From a virus, in the IMG/VR virus record IMGVR_UViG_3300032214_001034, positions 1 to 64,000 of that record: 64,000 bases of DNA. One strand, 5' to 3'. A program made the translations under genes and the position numbers. Below are positions 38,001 to 47,466 of this stretch, piece after piece. The notes below the pieces were generated by a model, which searched no databases, was not told the origin of the DNA, and saw nothing but the letters and a program-made list of their open reading frames with translations. Positions within the stretch are counted from its first letter, which is position 1, and every line of letters begins with the position of its first letter.

Positions 38001-40949
38001 AAATACTCACAACCAGTAAAAGAACTCTATCCACAAACAAATAGAGATAATCCAATATCAGATCCAGATGAGACAACCTGTTTTGCTACTTCTTCTCTGA
38101 TTGGTGAAGTTGTTGTAAATGATGTAAGAAACAGTGTTACAAAAGAAACTCTAACTAAGTTTGTTAAGGATACTGATGTTGGTGTTGGTATTAACAATAT
38201 TGTATCTCAAACTGGCACAGCACATACAATCTTTACCACCATTGATCATGGTTTAAATCGTATCACGAGAGCAAGTGTTACTAACGTAGGTGCTGGATAC
38301 AGTGATGGAACTTATTATAATATTAAATTAGTAGGCGCTGCAGCATCCACTACTGGTAAGTTTGCAACTGCAAAGGTTACTGTTTCCAGTAACTCTATTG
38401 ATGCTGCTTCCATAAGAATTATGGATGGTGGATCTGCATATGGAATTGGTAATACTCTAAGTTTTGTTGGTATTCCAACTACTGGATCTGGAACATTCAC
38501 TGAGGCTATTGCAACGGTTGACGCAATTTACAATAACGTTGGTGATACTTTAAGAGTTGTTGGTGTATCTTCTGAGGGATATGCTGGATATAATCAACTT
38601 TATAGAATCACTGGAGTTAATGTAGGTGCAGCAACTTCTATTAATGTAGAATCGGTTGCCAGTGTTGCTGGATTCAACACAGTAACTGGAGTAGGTGTAA
38701 CCCTGACTGCAGATGCGTTTATGTATCTGACAGGCGAAGCAATCCGAATTAATTCACTTGCATATGATAATGGCAGTGGAATCGCTACAATCACAACTCA
38801 GAATAGTCATGGTCTGAGAGTTGACCAAAAGGTTAAACTGGTTGGATTTAATGAGAGCACTTATACTGGTGACTTTGTTGTTACTGAGGTTCTTGATGTA
38901 TTAACATCTTCTCCAACATATAGATTCTCTGTTAATCTTGGTGCAGGAACATCTGCTCCAGTTCCAACAGCAGGTGCAGGCACCACATATGTTTATCGTT
39001 TAGGTTATACATCTAATGACGGTGTAATCACTGAGAATAATGAGAATCTTGGTGGTAGAATGATTCCTACCTATGCAGGTATTACAACCACGCTTTCTGC
39101 TGATATTCCAAACGCAACTACAGATGAAGTATACCTCACAAATCTCAATAATCTTAATGTTAATGTTGGAGATTATCTCTTAATTGATGATGAAATTGTA
39201 AGAGTCAAGACAACTGTAACTGGAACAAATCCACTTTATGTTTTCCGTGGAGTTCTTGGAACAAAACCAACGGTTCACTTCATCAATGGAACTGCAAGAA
39301 AGATCTTCATAAATCCAACAGAACTAAGAAGACACTCTATTAACAGAGCGTCTGGTCATACATTTGAATATGTTGGTTTTGGTCCTGGTAATTATTCAAC
39401 TGCATTACCAGATAGACAAGATCGTATTATTACAGCACAAGAAGAACTTCTGGCTCAATCAACCAAGAGAGAAGGTGGAATCAACTTCTACACGGGTATG
39501 AATGACAGAGGTATTTCATACTCTGGTAATAAGAAGTTAAGCACCATTACTGGTATTGAAGAAATCTTTGATACTCCAGTACAAACGATTACTGGTGAAG
39601 ACATTGGCATCATTCCTAACATCAACGTTGTCAATCCACTCGAAGGTCTCTTCACAAGATCAATTCGTGTTGAGGGTGGTTCGGATAATAAGGTTTCTTC
39701 CGAATTTAATGGTCCAGTCATCGTTAATAACAAACTGACAGTCAACTCAACTAAGGGTCTAGAAGCAAATAATCTCTTCTTACAGGGTGATGCAACAGTT
39801 TCTAGAAAGTATACTGTGGGTATTGCAACTCCAGTACTTGCAGGTAATCCAGGTGACATGACTTACTATGCTAATCCTGATGAAGGTGGATATGTTGGTT
39901 GGGTCTACACTCTGCAAAATGATTGGAAGAGATTTGGAAATGTAAGTCTGTCTAAAGACGCTAATATTAGTATTTTTGATCAGGTTGGTATTGCAACTAC
40001 ATCTCCTGGATCGCTCAAATTCCTTGTTGGATCTGGTTCTACCCAGTTCTCTATTGATAATGGAGAAGTTGGCATCGGAACAACTGGAAATGGATATTCT
40101 CTGCACGTTATTGGAAATACAAATATTGTAGGAACAGTAACTGCATCCTACTTCTCAGGTGACGGATCACTTTTAACTAATCTGAATGCTTCTGCACTTG
40201 GTTGGACTGTTATTGCTGGTGGAATTTATAATACAGCTTTGAATAATGTTGGTATTGGAACTTCAGTACCAAGATTTAATTTAGAACTTGGATCTGTTGG
40301 TACAGCATCAACTTCTCTTTATGTAAATGGAGAAGCAAAGTTTGTAGGACTTATCACTGCTAATAATGTTAATGTAACTGGTATTCTTACGGCATCTGGA
40401 TTTGATCTTCAAAATTCATCCACGGGCAGAATCACAACTGGTATTATAACTTCATCTACGATTCACGTTGGAACTGCACTCACTACTCTTTATGCAAGTG
40501 GTACTGATGTTGGTATTGGAACTTCAGCACCAAGAGCTAAGTTAGACGTTGAGGGACATGCTAGATTTAAGACCTACTCCGAAAATGTAGAATATGTTAC
40601 ACCATTTGCTAGTGTTGTAACTATTGATCTTTCTAAAGCACAAACATTTATCTGTACTGCCACTTCAAATATTAACCAGTTTACCTTAACAAATGCTCCA
40701 TCAGGATCTACTGAATTTACAATTAGAATTGATCAGGATGGAACAGGTAATCGTTCAGTTGGAATTGACACCTTTAGAACATCTGGAGGTGTAACAATTC
40801 CAGTTTATTGGCCAGGTGGAGGTGTTCTCCCAATTGTAACTCCAACTGCAAATAGATCTGATATTTACACCTTCAAAGTATTTGATGGTAATAATATTAC
40901 GAGTGTGGGATTATATGGAGTTGTTGTTGGTCAAAACTTTACTAATTGA
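35064..40949 (+). CDS. Very large virion structural / tail-fibre protein (1961 aa)
   Basis: ILYVDPN..GNSLTRPFKTIQRAL N-terminus, HGL/HTL/HNL beta-domain repeats, VGIGT fibre repeats; TAAATA at 35028-35033. Confidence 0.75.
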   Translation: MGLSRLDNFLKSSRGTILYVDPNSLDATDSIENQGNSLTRPFKTIQRALIEAARFSYQRGLNNDRFSKTTILLYPGDHIVDNRPGWIPDGVNNFRLRNGSTSNNLPPYDLNSNFDLTTADNELYKLNSIHGGVILPRGTSIVGLDLRKTKIRPKYVPSPTNDNIERSTIFRVTGTCYLWQFSLFDADPNGVCYVDYTSNTFVPNFSHHKLSCFEYADGVNDVNINDDFMTYSTDRTDLDMYYEKVGLVYGQSSGRAIEPDYPSSGLDIQPKIDEFRIVGSTGASVGITSIKSGDGVTATTDITLTTASAIDGLDVDTPFRVRGITSDPSIYNGQFVVAEKLSSTEIIYQVQNAPTNPLPTVTGSTLSLQSDTVTSASPYIFNISLRSVYGMCGLLADGDKATGFKSMVVAQFTGIGLQKDDNAFVKYSTVTGTYNDSTQLAGANLSNDSRAVFKPSYRNFHIRAANNAFIQCVSVFAIGYAEHFSAENGGDMSITNSNSNFGAKALIASGFRKEAFPQDDTGYITHIIPPKEIPLTETSIEFSSIDVNKTVGVASTAHLFLYGETNADVPPENVIEGYRIGARQDDNLRVLVSYAGSVTEYSARITMDGATSSSEKVFTVNQSPTGINSIGATYGNGANVITFTQAHTLADGESVRVISDNGQLPDGLIPNNVFYAITSGLTTNTDIKLAKTLNEALIGTALPINEKGGLLKVVSRVSDKNSGDIGHPIQYDTTNSQWFINVSAASTENSIYSTIVGLGSTALGDATPRTFIKRKSDNRNANDTLYRLRYVVPKNINSGVARPPSDGFILQESNTSIGSTDGEIQTYFGSGSLSNVNEQRNFRFIADATWDGSSTVNVTTELPHNLIVGSEVELVNVTSTLNTTGVAGTAFNRKYYVTGISSAKHFAVGLTTNPGTFTNDTSARNTSLPYFRRKTYNNSYYIYRNQEAQKFVSGEQDGIYYLTVLNSSNSPTVAPFTNEKYSQPVKELYPQTNRDNPISDPDETTCFATSSLIGEVVVNDVRNSVTKETLTKFVKDTDVGVGINNIVSQTGTAHTIFTTIDHGLNRITRASVTNVGAGYSDGTYYNIKLVGAAASTTGKFATAKVTVSSNSIDAASIRIMDGGSAYGIGNTLSFVGIPTTGSGTFTEAIATVDAIYNNVGDTLRVVGVSSEGYAGYNQLYRITGVNVGAATSINVESVASVAGFNTVTGVGVTLTADAFMYLTGEAIRINSLAYDNGSGIATITTQNSHGLRVDQKVKLVGFNESTYTGDFVVTEVLDVLTSSPTYRFSVNLGAGTSAPVPTAGAGTTYVYRLGYTSNDGVITENNENLGGRMIPTYAGITTTLSADIPNATTDEVYLTNLNNLNVNVGDYLLIDDEIVRVKTTVTGTNPLYVFRGVLGTKPTVHFINGTARKIFINPTELRRHSINRASGHTFEYVGFGPGNYSTALPDRQDRIITAQEELLAQSTKREGGINFYTGMNDRGISYSGNKKLSTITGIEEIFDTPVQTITGEDIGIIPNINVVNPLEGLFTRSIRVEGGSDNKVSSEFNGPVIVNNKLTVNSTKGLEANNLFLQGDATVSRKYTVGIATPVLAGNPGDMTYYANPDEGGYVGWVYTLQNDWKRFGNVSLSKDANISIFDQVGIATTSPGSLKFLVGSGSTQFSIDNGEVGIGTTGNGYSLHVIGNTNIVGTVTASYFSGDGSLLTNLNASALGWTVIAGGIYNTALNNVGIGTSVPRFNLELGSVGTASTSLYVNGEAKFVGLITANNVNVTGILTASGFDLQNSSTGRITTGIITSSTIHVGTALTTLYASGTDVGIGTSAPRAKLDVEGHARFKTYSENVEYVTPFASVVTIDLSKAQTFICTATSNINQFTLTNAPSGSTEFTIRIDQDGTGNRSVGIDTFRTSGGVTIPVYWPGGGVLPIVTPTANRSDIYTFKVFDGNNITSVGLYGVVVGQNFTN

Positions 40950-40960
40950 GGTGAAGTAGA

Positions 40961-43399
40961 ATGAAACAAACAACTCTAGATCTTAACGGTCCCGTCCTTT
41001 CGTTCACCACAAATCCAGTTGGTGTTGCATCAACTGGAGTGGTTTCTGGGACAGGGAGTGGTATTGCAACTTTTACTGGAATTGCAACAGCATCATTCCC
41101 AACAGGTGTAAGCACAGGATCTCCTGATGCACCAACAAATACAGCTTCAAATAGTGGTATTATTACATATCGTTGGTATGAGGTTGGTGTTGGTGCTTTG
41201 TCGGATAGTCAGTATGTAACTGGAACAGCAACATCAACTCTTACTTTATCAAGACTTATTACTCCAACGGATAATAGAAGACAGTTTTATCTGACTGCAG
41301 ATTATATTGCATCTGCTTATCAATCTTCATCTCCAGTTACTGCAGGCACTGCAAGATCAACTGGTAATGCTATAAATGAACCTTTTAGTTCTGGTATTGG
41401 AACTCTTACGGTTTATCCATTACTTGAAGTTATTGGTCAACCATCAAATAGAAGTGCGTTAATCAATAACAATGCAACGTTTACCGTTAATGCTGGATTA
41501 ACTGATTCTTCATTTGATGATAGTCTGACCACATATCAGTGGTATGTGGATGGAAATCTTGCTAATGATGGTACAATAGACACTACATCATCAACATCAA
41601 CTACTACCACAACTACTTTTAATGATACTTATACGAATGACACTTCACTATCATTACCATCAGCAACAACAAACGTTACTATAACTGTTGCAGGAGCAAG
41701 AGGTGGTAATGGTGGATCAGATGCTGGTGGTGGAGGAGGTGCTGGTGGTAGTGGAAGAGCTGGAAGATTCTCATATGCAAACGGTGGAAGAACTTTAAGA
41801 TTTAGAATTGGTAGAAGAGGTGGTGATGGAGGAACTGGAACTGGATGTTGTGCTGGCGGTGGCGGATCCAGTCCATTTGGTGGTGGAGGAAGAGGAGGAA
41901 ATACTGGTGGATCCGGATGGTCTGGCGGCGGAGCAGGTGGTGGAGGTGCTACGGGAGTTTTTGATGACAATAAAGGTGGATATACTATCGTCGCTGGCGG
42001 TGGCGGCGGTGGCGGTGGTGGATCAAATAATAGAGGTGGATCAAACGGAGGAGCATCTCCTGGGTTTGGTCAAGGAAATGTAAATTCCGTTGGTGGTGGT
42101 GGACAAGGTGGTGATAAAGGTGGTGATGGCGGCGGTGGCGGCGGTGGTGGCGGCGGCGCTCCTGGTGGTGGTGGAGGCGGTGCTGGTGAAGATAATTCTT
42201 TTGGTGGTGGCGGTGGAAATGGTGGATTAAGTGCATATGACACAAACTATGCTACTTTTGGATTTGATGGTTGGTTGCACGATGGAGATGGGTATGTTAA
42301 TATTCAGTACACAACTTTAAAATCTGATACAGTAGTAGTAAACAGAAAGACAGTTGTTTCTGGAACAAAGACTCCAACTCTTACAATGAGAGCAGACTTT
42401 GTTGGAATTCAAACAGTCCAATGTAGAATTTCTCATCCATCTGCTACAAATTCACCAATTTTTACTGATGTTGCTTACTTCACTTCACTCTCAACAGCAG
42501 ATCAATATAATGTTCAACTAGAAACGATTGGTGTCAGCAATACTGCAACTATTTCAACGTTTGATCTATTCAGTGGAGATAGAGAAATTATAACTTCATT
42601 ATCAGATCCTACTGTAGAAGGAATTAATAGTTACTATAGTTTCTTTGCACCTGATAGAGATATTCCTGTTGAAATAGATCTTTATGGTGGAAAGGGATAT
42701 GATAGAGGATCTTTTGTTGGAGGAGAGGGTGGATTCTCTAGAATCAGATTTACTATGACAAGAAATACCGAATATGTTATTTCTGGTTTATCAACATCTA
42801 TCAATGCCCCATTCCTTTATAGAAAGGGTCAATTGATTGCTTGTGTTGGTAGAGGTGGAGATGCTGGAACATCTGGTAATGGTGGATTTGGTGGTGGAAT
42901 CGGAATTGCAGGTGCATCTGGATCTGGTAGAAATGGTGGATCGGGTGGATCGGTGATTGCAGTTGGTTCTTTGGGATCAAATGGTGTTTTTGGATCACTA
43001 ACAACACTCTCTGCAACATCACCAGATACAAAAACTACAATTCCAAATGGTGGAAGAACTATTAAATGTACCAAAGGTGTTTACTGGCAGCAACAAGGAA
43101 TCTCTGCTTGTAGTGATGTTGGTACAACCTTGTTTAGATTGTCAGATGGCACACAAGTTACAAACACTGCTTCTATTACTAGAGGATATAAAGCAGGATA
43201 TGATATTATTCAAACTGCAGGAAGATCTATAGGAAATGGTGGTAATGGTGGCAGTGGTGCTGCAGGTGGTGCTGGTGGTGATGGTTCATCTGGTGGTGGA
43301 GGTGGATCTGGATATACTGATGGATCTGTAACTGTGGTTTCAAATACTCTTGGTGGAAGTACTGGTAATGCGAGAGTAATTATTAGACTTGCGACTTAA
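40961..43399 (+). CDS. Structural protein with Ig-like and glycine-rich domains
   Basis: TYRWY/TYQWY..TLT Ig-like motifs and two Gly-rich blocks. Confidence 0.7.
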   Translation: MKQTTLDLNGPVLSFTTNPVGVASTGVVSGTGSGIATFTGIATASFPTGVSTGSPDAPTNTASNSGIITYRWYEVGVGALSDSQYVTGTATSTLTLSRLITPTDNRRQFYLTADYIASAYQSSSPVTAGTARSTGNAINEPFSSGIGTLTVYPLLEVIGQPSNRSALINNNATFTVNAGLTDSSFDDSLTTYQWYVDGNLANDGTIDTTSSTSTTTTTTFNDTYTNDTSLSLPSATTNVTITVAGARGGNGGSDAGGGGGAGGSGRAGRFSYANGGRTLRFRIGRRGGDGGTGTGCCAGGGGSSPFGGGGRGGNTGGSGWSGGGAGGGGATGVFDDNKGGYTIVAGGGGGGGGGSNNRGGSNGGASPGFGQGNVNSVGGGGQGGDKGGDGGGGGGGGGGAPGGGGGGAGEDNSFGGGGGNGGLSAYDTNYATFGFDGWLHDGDGYVNIQYTTLKSDTVVVNRKTVVSGTKTPTLTMRADFVGIQTVQCRISHPSATNSPIFTDVAYFTSLSTADQYNVQLETIGVSNTATISTFDLFSGDREIITSLSDPTVEGINSYYSFFAPDRDIPVEIDLYGGKGYDRGSFVGGEGGFSRIRFTMTRNTEYVISGLSTSINAPFLYRKGQLIACVGRGGDAGTSGNGGFGGGIGIAGASGSGRNGGSGGSVIAVGSLGSNGVFGSLTTLSATSPDTKTTIPNGGRTIKCTKGVYWQQQGISACSDVGTTLFRLSDGTQVTNTASITRGYKAGYDIIQTAGRSIGNGGNGGSGAAGGAGGDGSSGGGGGSGYTDGSVTVVSNTLGGSTGNARVIIRLAT

Positions 43400-43438
43400 C
43401 TAAATAGTTAAAACTAACCGGGGGAGAGTGAACCCGAA

Positions 43439-44656
43439 ATGGCTGTAAATAAGAATTTTGTAGTCAAAAATGGTTTAGAGGTCGATACCAACCTCATTCT
43501 CGCGGATGCTACAACGAATAGTGTTGGTATTGGCACCACAGTTCCCGAATATACCCTTCACGTTTTTGAAGGGAGTGGTATTGGTGCTACTACCGTTTAT
43601 GTTACTGGCGTAACAACATCCCTTCAGGGATTAAGAGTTGGTGCCGGTGGAACAGTTTTAACGGTTGTTGCAAGCCCAGGAATTGGATATTCTGTTGGTG
43701 TTGGTTCATCCCAACCAGAATATCTGTTAGATGTTCGTTCACCAGTTTCTACTGGACAAACAGCACTTTATGTTCAGGGTGATGTCAGAATTACTGGTGA
43801 TATAAATCTAGACGACATCACGCTTGATGATGCAACAATTCAAGATCTGAGGGTTCAGAACACTTTATTTGTTGGTGCTGATGGTGGAACTGGCGTTTCT
43901 ACCTTTGTTGGTTTCACTACATTCCAAAATAACGTTTATATTGCAGGTGTTACAACACTTGCTGCCAACGGAGGAATCACTACAACAGGTGGTGATTTTT
44001 ATGTCGGTGGAAACTTCTTTAGCAGTGGTGGAATAATTGTTGACAGCGACCTCTATATTATTGGTATTGCTACTGTTGGGACATTAGATGTCAACGATAA
44101 TGCAAATATTGATGGTAATCTTCTTGTAACAGGACTATCCACATTTGTTGGACTTAGTACCTTCCAGGATTACGTTTTTGTTCAAGATGGTCTAATTAAT
44201 GCTGGTGTTACAACATCAAATGCATATACAATTAATGGAACTCAAGTAGTTAGTTCTGCAAGAGAACTGCAGAATATTGCTTCTCTTGATGCAACTACAA
44301 CTGCAACGATTGAAGCAGCAATTGCTAATGCACCAAACACCTTTACTGATATTGAGGTTACTGGTCTTTCCACATTTGTTGGATTCAGTACATTCCAAAA
44401 TGATGTTTATGTTGCTGGTGTAGTAACTGCAACTTCATTCTATGGTAATGGATCAAATCTGACTGGTATTGCTACTGGTTTAACTGCAACAATTGGCGTT
44501 GGTTCTGAATCAACTTTTGTTGGTGCAGGAGTTACTGAAATTTACTTTGCAACAACCACAGGAACAAACGTAAGTGTTGTTTCTGCTGGAACAAGTGCAA
44601 CTGTTACAATTACTCCAGGTGTTTCACTTGGACTTGCAATCGCTCTTGGCGGTTAA
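43439..44656 (+). CDS. Tail-fibre shaft protein
   Basis: KNFVVKNGL, three TG.STFVG..TFQ..V repeats, ATSFYGNGSNLTGI, C-terminal GLAIALGG. Confidence 0.7.
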   Translation: MAVNKNFVVKNGLEVDTNLILADATTNSVGIGTTVPEYTLHVFEGSGIGATTVYVTGVTTSLQGLRVGAGGTVLTVVASPGIGYSVGVGSSQPEYLLDVRSPVSTGQTALYVQGDVRITGDINLDDITLDDATIQDLRVQNTLFVGADGGTGVSTFVGFTTFQNNVYIAGVTTLAANGGITTTGGDFYVGGNFFSSGGIIVDSDLYIIGIATVGTLDVNDNANIDGNLLVTGLSTFVGLSTFQDYVFVQDGLINAGVTTSNAYTINGTQVVSSARELQNIASLDATTTATIEAAIANAPNTFTDIEVTGLSTFVGFSTFQNDVYVAGVVTATSFYGNGSNLTGIATGLTATIGVGSESTFVGAGVTEIYFATTTGTNVSVVSAGTSATVTITPGVSLGLAIALGG

Positions 44657-44682
44657 TAAATACTCTTAACACATAAAGAAAA

Positions 44683-45222
44683 ATGGCAGAATCATTTTCA
44701 AACGCATTATCAAGAGCAGCAGGAATTGTAACAACCAGTTCTGCTGGTTCTATTGGAATCACGACTAACTTAATCACTGGTATTTCAACGGCATCAGTTT
44801 CTGTAGGTGATCTGATTGATAATGCAAACTTTATTGCGGGAACTAAAGTTTCTACAATTGGATCTGGGCAAGTTACTGCAGATAGAAATTCTACAAACAC
44901 TGCACCAACATCAGCTCAAAACGTCAAGTTCCTTGGTGTTACAAACGTCTATACTTCGCCATCAGCAACGAAGAGTATTCTGATTGGCGGAACTTTTGCT
45001 AATAACACTAATAATCAAGTAAATTTGACTGTTGAAGTTTTTGATAATAGTGCGGGAATCAGTGCTGCGATCGCAAGTAAGATTCCAGTTCCTGCAGGAA
45101 GTTCATTCGTCATCTCTGATACAGGTAAGACACTTTTAGAAGGTGATGATGTGTTGAGGGTATACTGTGATACTGCAAATGCAATTGATGTAAGCCTCAG
45201 CATTCTCACAGGAGTAGCGTGA
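44683..45222 (+). CDS. Fibre adaptor-like beta protein (type B)
   Basis: VYTSPSATKSILIG..AN...IPVPAGSSFVI...LLEGDDVLRV. Confidence 0.6.
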   Translation: MAESFSNALSRAAGIVTTSSAGSIGITTNLITGISTASVSVGDLIDNANFIAGTKVSTIGSGQVTADRNSTNTAPTSAQNVKFLGVTNVYTSPSATKSILIGGTFANNTNNQVNLTVEVFDNSAGISAAIASKIPVPAGSSFVISDTGKTLLEGDDVLRVYCDTANAIDVSLSILTGVA

Positions 45223-45223
45223 T

Positions 45224-46024
45224 ATGGCAGATCGTAACGGTTATATTGGAAGAGCTCCTGGTGATTCATCAGTAGTTGTTGCTAGACAGGTATTTTCTCC
45301 ATCAGGAGTTCAAACAAACTTTACGTTTGCATCTGGATATACTGTTGGTTATTTGGACGCATACCTGAATGGCGTTCGTCTGATTGAAGGTCAAGACTAT
45401 AGTGCAACTGATACATCAACTGTTGGTCTGACTAGTTTTGCTCAGAACGGTGATGTTCTTGAGTTAGTTGCATATAAAGCATTTAATGTTGCAACAATTG
45501 ACACTGCACCAGGAAATCTTACCGTTGGTGGATATATTTCTGCTGGTGGATCTATCACTGGATCTGCATTTTATGGTGATGGAAGTAACCTAACAGGAAT
45601 TTCTTCTGTTTCATTTGCAACTACAGCATTCACTCTTGCTAATAATGCAACAGGAATCAATGCAACATTTACTGGTAATGTGTCAATTGGTGGCACATTA
45701 ACGTATGAAGATGTAACAAATGTTGATGCGGTAGGAGTTATTACTGCAAGAAGCGGTATTGAACTTGGTGCTTCTGGGGTAGGTGGAACAATTACCTCTG
45801 GTGGAAATGCAACTTTTGCTGGAATTGTAACTGCAACTGGTGGATTTAATCTTGGTATTAGTTCTGCTGGATCTGTTATTACTTCAGGACCAGTAAAAAC
45901 TTTGAATTTTGTAGGAACCGGTAATACATTTGCAGTAAATGGAACTACCGTTGATATTAGTATTCAAGGTGGTGGTGGAGGAGGGATTACTTCTCTGGAT
46001 ATTACTTCATCATTATTCATTTAA
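45224..46024 (+). CDS. Tail-fibre shaft protein
   Basis: YIGRAP N-terminus, YLNGVRL..DY, LTYEDVTNVD, C-terminal DITSSLFI. Confidence 0.7.
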   Translation: MADRNGYIGRAPGDSSVVVARQVFSPSGVQTNFTFASGYTVGYLDAYLNGVRLIEGQDYSATDTSTVGLTSFAQNGDVLELVAYKAFNVATIDTAPGNLTVGGYISAGGSITGSAFYGDGSNLTGISSVSFATTAFTLANNATGINATFTGNVSIGGTLTYEDVTNVDAVGVITARSGIELGASGVGGTITSGGNATFAGIVTATGGFNLGISSAGSVITSGPVKTLNFVGTGNTFAVNGTTVDISIQGGGGGGITSLDITSSLFI

Positions 46025-46048
46025 ATAAATACCTAAAAAGATAAAGAG

Positions 46049-46447
46049 ATGGCACTCCAGAAAACTAAAGTATTAAGTATCACATCGGTTACAGGCATTA
46101 GCACTGTTGGAATCTTTACTGCTGGTGTGACCGCTACTGATGCAGGAACAGCATCAACAACTTATGTAAGAAGTGTTGTGATGCATAACACTGGATTGGG
46201 AACTGCTAGGGTTTCACTCTACATTAACCCAGACACTAATCCTGTTATTACTGGTTATGGAATCACTGCAAATAGAATTTTAAGAGTTGATCTTGCTCCA
46301 AGTGAAACAACATTCTTTGAAACTAACTATCCGATTGTTCTCACGCCAACTGATGCAATTTCAGTAGAGGTAAATGCTCCTGATACTGGCGGAACGGGTA
46401 TTGGTTCAGCAGTTAATTTCCTAGTAAACGGCGATGTTGAAGTCTGA
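46049..46447 (+). CDS. Fibre adaptor-like beta protein (type A)
   Basis: TYVRSVVMHN...ETTFFETNYPIVL...VNFLVNGD; paralogue of 52416 and 63874. Confidence 0.65.
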   Translation: MALQKTKVLSITSVTGISTVGIFTAGVTATDAGTASTTYVRSVVMHNTGLGTARVSLYINPDTNPVITGYGITANRILRVDLAPSETTFFETNYPIVLTPTDAISVEVNAPDTGGTGIGSAVNFLVNGDVEV

Positions 46448-46449
46448 TT

Positions 46450-47448
46450 ATGAGCGTCAAATCATTTGGCAATCCATCATCAAGTTTTAGATACAGATTC
46501 GGTAGAACTGGAAATAGAGCTTCTAAGCCTTATGCAGTATCAATTCCAATATCTGCTTCTGGTGGAAATGTAAGTGCTCTGGAGCCAGGAAATGGATATA
46601 AGTATCATACATTTACAAGTCCAGGAACATTTACAGTAACTTCTGGTGTTGGTAATATTGAATATATTGTAGTTGCTGGTGGTGGCGGAGGAGGAGAATC
46701 TGGTGGTGGTGGTGCTGGTGGATTATTATCAAACTCTGTTGAAATGCCTTCTCCAACTAGACAGGCACCTTTTCCAGTTTCTGGACCAGTATCATATTCA
46801 GTTGTAATTGGTGGTGGTGGTAGTGCAGGTGTATCTGGTCCTGGCGCGGTTGATGGATCTCAAGGAAGTCCGTCTTCATTTGGACCAGTATCAACAAATG
46901 GTGGTGGAGGGGGAACATCGGCTGATGCACCATCTCCATTTGTTGGTGGATCAGGTGGTTCTGGTGGGGGTGCATCAACTCCTACAGCATTTGATCCTGG
47001 TGGAGCGGCAACTAACTATCCTGGACCAACACAACAAGGTTATCCTGGTGGTGGTGCATATGGATATTTGGCAGGAAATGGAAATAGTGGAGGTGGTGGT
47101 GGTGCCGGAGCAGCAGGTCAAGATGGAAGTCCGCCTGGAGGATCACCATTAAAAGGAGGTGATGGTGGAAATGGACTTCAGTTTCCTGCCTTTACTGGAC
47201 CTTTAATTGGAGTTCCTGCTCTTGCACCATTGAGTGGTTACTTTGCAGGTGGCGGCGGTGGCGGTTCTTGGGGGAATCCAGGTGGTGCTGGTGGTTTGGG
47301 TGGTGGTGTTCCTGGATCTGGTACTGGAACTACTCCCGCAGCTGCCCAAGCAAATACTGGAGGAGGTGGTGGTGGATCTGGATATCCACCTTGGGTTCCT
47401 GGTGGTGCTGGTGGTTCTGGCATCGTCATCATTCGTTACTTAGCATAA
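46450..47448 (+). CDS. Glycine-rich domain protein (single domain), putative adhesin
   Basis: ASGG...HTFTSPGTF...EYIVVAGGG...GGSGIVIIRY. Confidence 0.75.
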   Translation: MSVKSFGNPSSSFRYRFGRTGNRASKPYAVSIPISASGGNVSALEPGNGYKYHTFTSPGTFTVTSGVGNIEYIVVAGGGGGGESGGGGAGGLLSNSVEMPSPTRQAPFPVSGPVSYSVVIGGGGSAGVSGPGAVDGSQGSPSSFGPVSTNGGGGGTSADAPSPFVGGSGGSGGGASTPTAFDPGGAATNYPGPTQQGYPGGGAYGYLAGNGNSGGGGGAGAAGQDGSPPGGSPLKGGDGGNGLQFPAFTGPLIGVPALAPLSGYFAGGGGGGSWGNPGGAGGLGGGVPGSGTGTTPAAAQANTGGGGGGSGYPPWVPGGAGGSGIVIIRYLA

Positions 47449-47466
47449 ATATTCAAAAACTATAAA